From: a virus
Lineage: Duplodnaviria > Caudoviricetes
IMG/VR virus record: IMGVR_UViG_3300023070_000001
Span: 13,102 to 77,101 of that record
Length of the DNA stretch: 64,000 nucleotides
Strand: one strand, 5' to 3'
Of this stretch, positions 60,895 through 64,000 are shown piece after piece; the first letter of the stretch is position 1, and every line of letters begins with the position of its first letter. A program made the translations under genes and the position numbers. The notes under the pieces are model-generated. The model worked only from the letters and a program-made list of their open reading frames with translations. It was not told the origin of the DNA and did not search any database.

Positions 60895-62700
60895 TTACTT
60901 AACACCCTTTTCCTTCTTGCTTACGCCCCAGCCTGTACTCTGGAACTTCTTCCAATCAAACTTCTTACGCAATGACTTGGTACCATTAGAGAATTGGAAT
61001 TGAACTGTCCCATCTGCATATACCAGAAGCTTAACTCCTGGAAGCTTAGGGCTAGATAGAATTCTTAATACAGCAGAATTGCTTGTAGCATTCTCACCCT
61101 TAGGTGCTGGATCTCCTGCTGTACCTTGGCTTACTCGTGGATCTGATGACTTAGCATATGACCCATCAGCAGGTGCTCTAGTTGAACTACGTGGCTGCGG
61201 TGCTCCACCCTGGCCTGTACCTAAAGGTGTTCCAATAGGTAATCCGTAACGACGAACACCTTCTTGTGAATTAACCTTTCTAATTCCAGCCAATTCAACC
61301 AGCCCCATATCATTTAGATGGCTTAGAGTAAATCCTTCAGGAAGCATATCTGTTGGAATAGTATCAGCAGGTGATACCTCCCCAGCAGGTGAAATCTGAC
61401 CAGTAGGGTCTACTGCCTCAGCCTGCTCAAGTTCATCCTCTTCCCTCTCGATAGTCTCGTAGTCAATTTCAAGACCTAGCTGATCTGAAATCTTCTTCTC
61501 AATCTCACGAGCAAACTCAGGTGTAAAGTTTCCACCCTGGATACCAGCAATTGCCTTGAAGATTTCCTGAATAGCATCCTTATCATCATCTGTGAATGGA
61601 CCCCAACGAAATTCAGGATACTTACCTGACTTGAAGTTCCAATCGATGAATCGAGGAATGATGTAGTGATTAATGATAGATGCAATTTCTGTCATAATAG
61701 TCTGAAGCATCATTACAAACAATGAGTCAGTCTGCTTACCAAAGTCTACAAGTGATGCATCTCCACCTGTTCCCTGGTTCTCATCAAAGAATGCAGCAAG
61801 GATAGACTTAGACATCTGAGAGTTATGATGGTTGATGTATGAAAGGAAATCAAAGTTACCTGTTTCCTTTAGAAGCTCTACAAGATAAGTCTCAGGCTTT
61901 GTCATCCACTGAGCTACACCAATATCAGAAATACCCTGACGGAATGCTGCAAGCTCTGCTGGATCATGGTCTTCAGGAACAGTACCAACACGAGTACCTA
62001 CTGCTGAACGCTGAGCTGCAAGGTGCATTAAGTAGTAAAGCTTTACCTTCTTATCGTAATGGTAATAAGCTGACTCGAAATAGCTTAAACCATAGAACTT
62101 ATTCTCTTCCTCTTGAGCTGCATAATATACGCAAGCCTCTCTAGGAATCTTTACATCGAGAATCTTTCCACCAGGCTTCTGTGTTACCTGTCTGAATCCA
62201 TCGAAGCTACCATCCTCGGTTACTAAGAACTTAACTGTATCTGCCGGAAGGTAATTAAGCTTCTTCAATGTCCACTTATTTTTCAATGGACCAGTCTTAG
62301 GCTGCCAGAAAACCATTTCAAACGGTGAGTATCCATCGAATACTGCCTGAAGCATCTGAGCAATAACACGAGTAAGAGGGACACTCATTCCACCAGCATT
62401 AGGCGGTAATGTGAATAGTTGCTCAATAAACTCAGCCTCGGATTCTCCACCCTCTTCAATCTGAGCTGGTACGAATGTCGCTGTTTGTAGGGCAGCACGA
62501 ATCGGCAACGTCACCAAACGATAGAGGGCTCTAGCCTGGCCATCTGTGCGTCGCATTCTTACAAGTTGCTGAACTGTAACCTCTGAGTGCTTATGCACCA
62601 GGTGAGAACCATTATAAGGTTCTGTGAATGGCATATTATCATCGAAACCTACTTGAACCATAGAACGTGGTTTCGGAGTTGCCATATCATCTCTTGCCAT
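60895..62700 (-). CDS. Portal protein (DUF935/Mu gp29-like) with C-terminal extension
   Basis: AVFDGYSPFE, FYGLSYFESAY, HNSQMSKSILA. Confidence 0.88.
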   Translation of the reverse strand: MARDDMATPKPRSMVQVGFDDNMPFTEPYNGSHLVHKHSEVTVQQLVRMRRTDGQARALYRLVTLPIRAALQTATFVPAQIEEGGESEAEFIEQLFTLPPNAGGMSVPLTRVIAQMLQAVFDGYSPFEMVFWQPKTGPLKNKWTLKKLNYLPADTVKFLVTEDGSFDGFRQVTQKPGGKILDVKIPREACVYYAAQEEENKFYGLSYFESAYYHYDKKVKLYYLMHLAAQRSAVGTRVGTVPEDHDPAELAAFRQGISDIGVAQWMTKPETYLVELLKETGNFDFLSYINHHNSQMSKSILAAFFDENQGTGGDASLVDFGKQTDSLFVMMLQTIMTEIASIINHYIIPRFIDWNFKSGKYPEFRWGPFTDDDKDAIQEIFKAIAGIQGGNFTPEFAREIEKKISDQLGLEIDYETIEREEDELEQAEAVDPTGQISPAGEVSPADTIPTDMLPEGFTLSHLNDMGLVELAGIRKVNSQEGVRRYGLPIGTPLGTGQGGAPQPRSSTRAPADGSYAKSSDPRVSQGTAGDPAPKGENATSNSAVLRILSSPKLPGVKLLVYADGTVQFQFSNGTKSLRKKFDWKKFQSTGWGVSKKEKGVK

Positions 62701-62709
62701 TGTTAATTC

Positions 62710-62744
62710 CTCCTGCCGTTAGCTTTTTAAACTATCGGCAGGAG
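62710..62744 (-). promoter_or_regulatory. Putative sigma-28-type late promoter (-10 GCCGATAG) within an RBS-occluding hairpin
   Basis: CTCCTGCCG/CGGCAGGAG 9-bp stem covering AGGAG. Confidence 0.65.
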
Positions 62745-62748
62745 AAAC

Positions 62749-64000
62749 TTAAAATTGTTCTGGCATCATCAAAGTATGGGACATACCTATTGGTAATTCT
62801 ACGCGAGGACCCATAAAAATCTCAGCTTTCTTATAAAAAGCTTGTTCTCCATCCTCATTTTCTCTACCGCCCTGCTCTACGGCTCCAAAAACTGCACATG
62901 CTAATGCATCAGCCTCATCTTTAGAACCTAATCTAGGATGATCAACTTTACCGTTCGGTAGAACTGTTAAACCTAGCAATTCATCTACTAGTAATTCTCG
63001 ATGTGCTGCAATTAATCTACCGTCATACATTACGTCCATAAGGTTACGCCATGGCTCATTAGATCGATCTGTAGATACCTTCTTGGATTCTACACCCATC
63101 TTTTCAAGCTGCTGCATAGAATCCCTAGATTCATATCCATCGAATGTGAATCTCTTAATCCTGAAACCTCTACGGCGAAGTTCATATGCTAATTCACGAG
63201 CCCATCGAATCTGAATCTCTCGTGGAGGATTAACACCCTTAGATGCCTCAAATGAGAATACGAAATCTACCTTGATGATAGGTCTCAACTCCCTTGAAGT
63301 ACTTACTGTTCCATCCTCTAATGTTACTTGAGATTCAAATTCTTCCTTTCGTACTGTGTGAGCCATAGCAATTCCTGCTCGGTCACCAGTTACCGCAAGA
63401 TCACCATGCATTGCATATTGAGCACCCTTAATAGGTACTAAATCAGGTGAGATATCATATTCAACCTCCCAACCATCACCATCACGCCTATAAGATACTT
63501 CAATAGGCTGACGAGCTGCTGGCTTGAATGAACTTCTTACTAAGAACTCATTTCTGAAGAATGGGTTAGATGCCTTGCTAGGCTTACATTCATACTTAGC
63601 CTTTGCCATGTTTGCATCTTCTTCATAATCAGATACATAAACTTCCGGTACAAGCTCATCAGTTCCCTCTACAGCAACCAATTCAAACTGCTTGAAGTTA
63701 GGGTTAACTACCCAGGTAGGAAGAGGACCAGATACATAGTGACGTGACTTATCTCCACGCTTTTCAATATCCTCACGACTCTGCGCAGTAAGCCTCTGAA
63801 TAGCAGATCCAAGATAACGAGGATAAGAGATACGAACATTCTTAAAAGTTCTAGGGAATCGAGTAGATGATGAGGTACGCATCATATCAAGAATACCCTC
63901 TACAGTATTCTGTGGGACTCTTCCTGTAACATTTCCTCTAACTTCCTCCTTGGATCTGAAACCGTCAATCTCATCAGCTACACCGAGAAGTAAGTTTAGA
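62749..64000 (-). CDS. terL: Terminase large subunit (5' part outside the window)
   Basis: Frame open to the window edge with LLGVADEIDGF Walker B; nuclease motifs MHGDLA, FTFDGY, KVDHP...KDEADA. Confidence 0.92.
   Translation of the reverse strand, partial: LNLLLGVADEIDGFRSKEEVRGNVTGRVPQNTVEGILDMMRTSSSTRFPRTFKNVRISYPRYLGSAIQRLTAQSREDIEKRGDKSRHYVSGPLPTWVVNPNFKQFELVAVEGTDELVPEVYVSDYEEDANMAKAKYECKPSKASNPFFRNEFLVRSSFKPAARQPIEVSYRRDGDGWEVEYDISPDLVPIKGAQYAMHGDLAVTGDRAGIAMAHTVRKEEFESQVTLEDGTVSTSRELRPIIKVDFVFSFEASKGVNPPREIQIRWARELAYELRRRGFRIKRFTFDGYESRDSMQQLEKMGVESKKVSTDRSNEPWRNLMDVMYDGRLIAAHRELLVDELLGLTVLPNGKVDHPRLGSKDEADALACAVFGAVEQGGRENEDGEQAFYKKAEIFMGPRVELPIGMSHTLMMPEQF

Noticed and set aside
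1-64000. CRISPR array, integrase/att site, IS element
   Set aside because: No regularly spaced direct repeats and no recombinase or transposase motifs were seen.

Overview
A 64 kb segment of a large tailed dsDNA phage (siphovirus-type virion genes). The host is probably a filamentous actinomycete (inferred from a DUF397 protein, a FliA/WhiG-family sigma factor, leaderless genes and SigA/HrdB-type promoters). Essentially all real genes are on the minus strand. Read in transcription direction (64000 to 1) the window contains: (1) terminase (5'-truncated), portal, protease/scaffold, decoration protein, major capsid protein, head-tail genes, a glycosyltransferase, tail tube, tail chaperones with a -1 frameshift, tape measure, tail tip proteins, a signal-peptide-bearing GDPD and a holin; (2) a replication/recombination block (SNF2 helicase, sigma factor, dUTPase, DnaB, primase zinc-finger protein, delta- and delta'-like clamp-loader subunits, family A polymerase, dNMP kinase, SSB, EndoVII, RecA); (3) a ~13 kb accessory region with 21 of the window's 22 tRNA or tRNA-like genes, interleaved with micro-ORFs and structured non-coding spacers. 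The most striking unexplained pattern lies in the tRNA region. Four near-identical promoters each launch an RNA closed by a covarying UGUWAGYG...CRCUWAYA stem, and three of these stems end exactly 4 nt before a tRNA. Many inter-tRNA spacers are also stem-closed RNAs ending 4-6 nt before the next tRNA. Three ORFs start 1 nt after a tRNA discriminator. Together these suggest a tRNA-punctuated system that releases ncRNAs and leaderless mRNAs. All protein and RNA calls come from motif reading and manual folding; no database searches were run.
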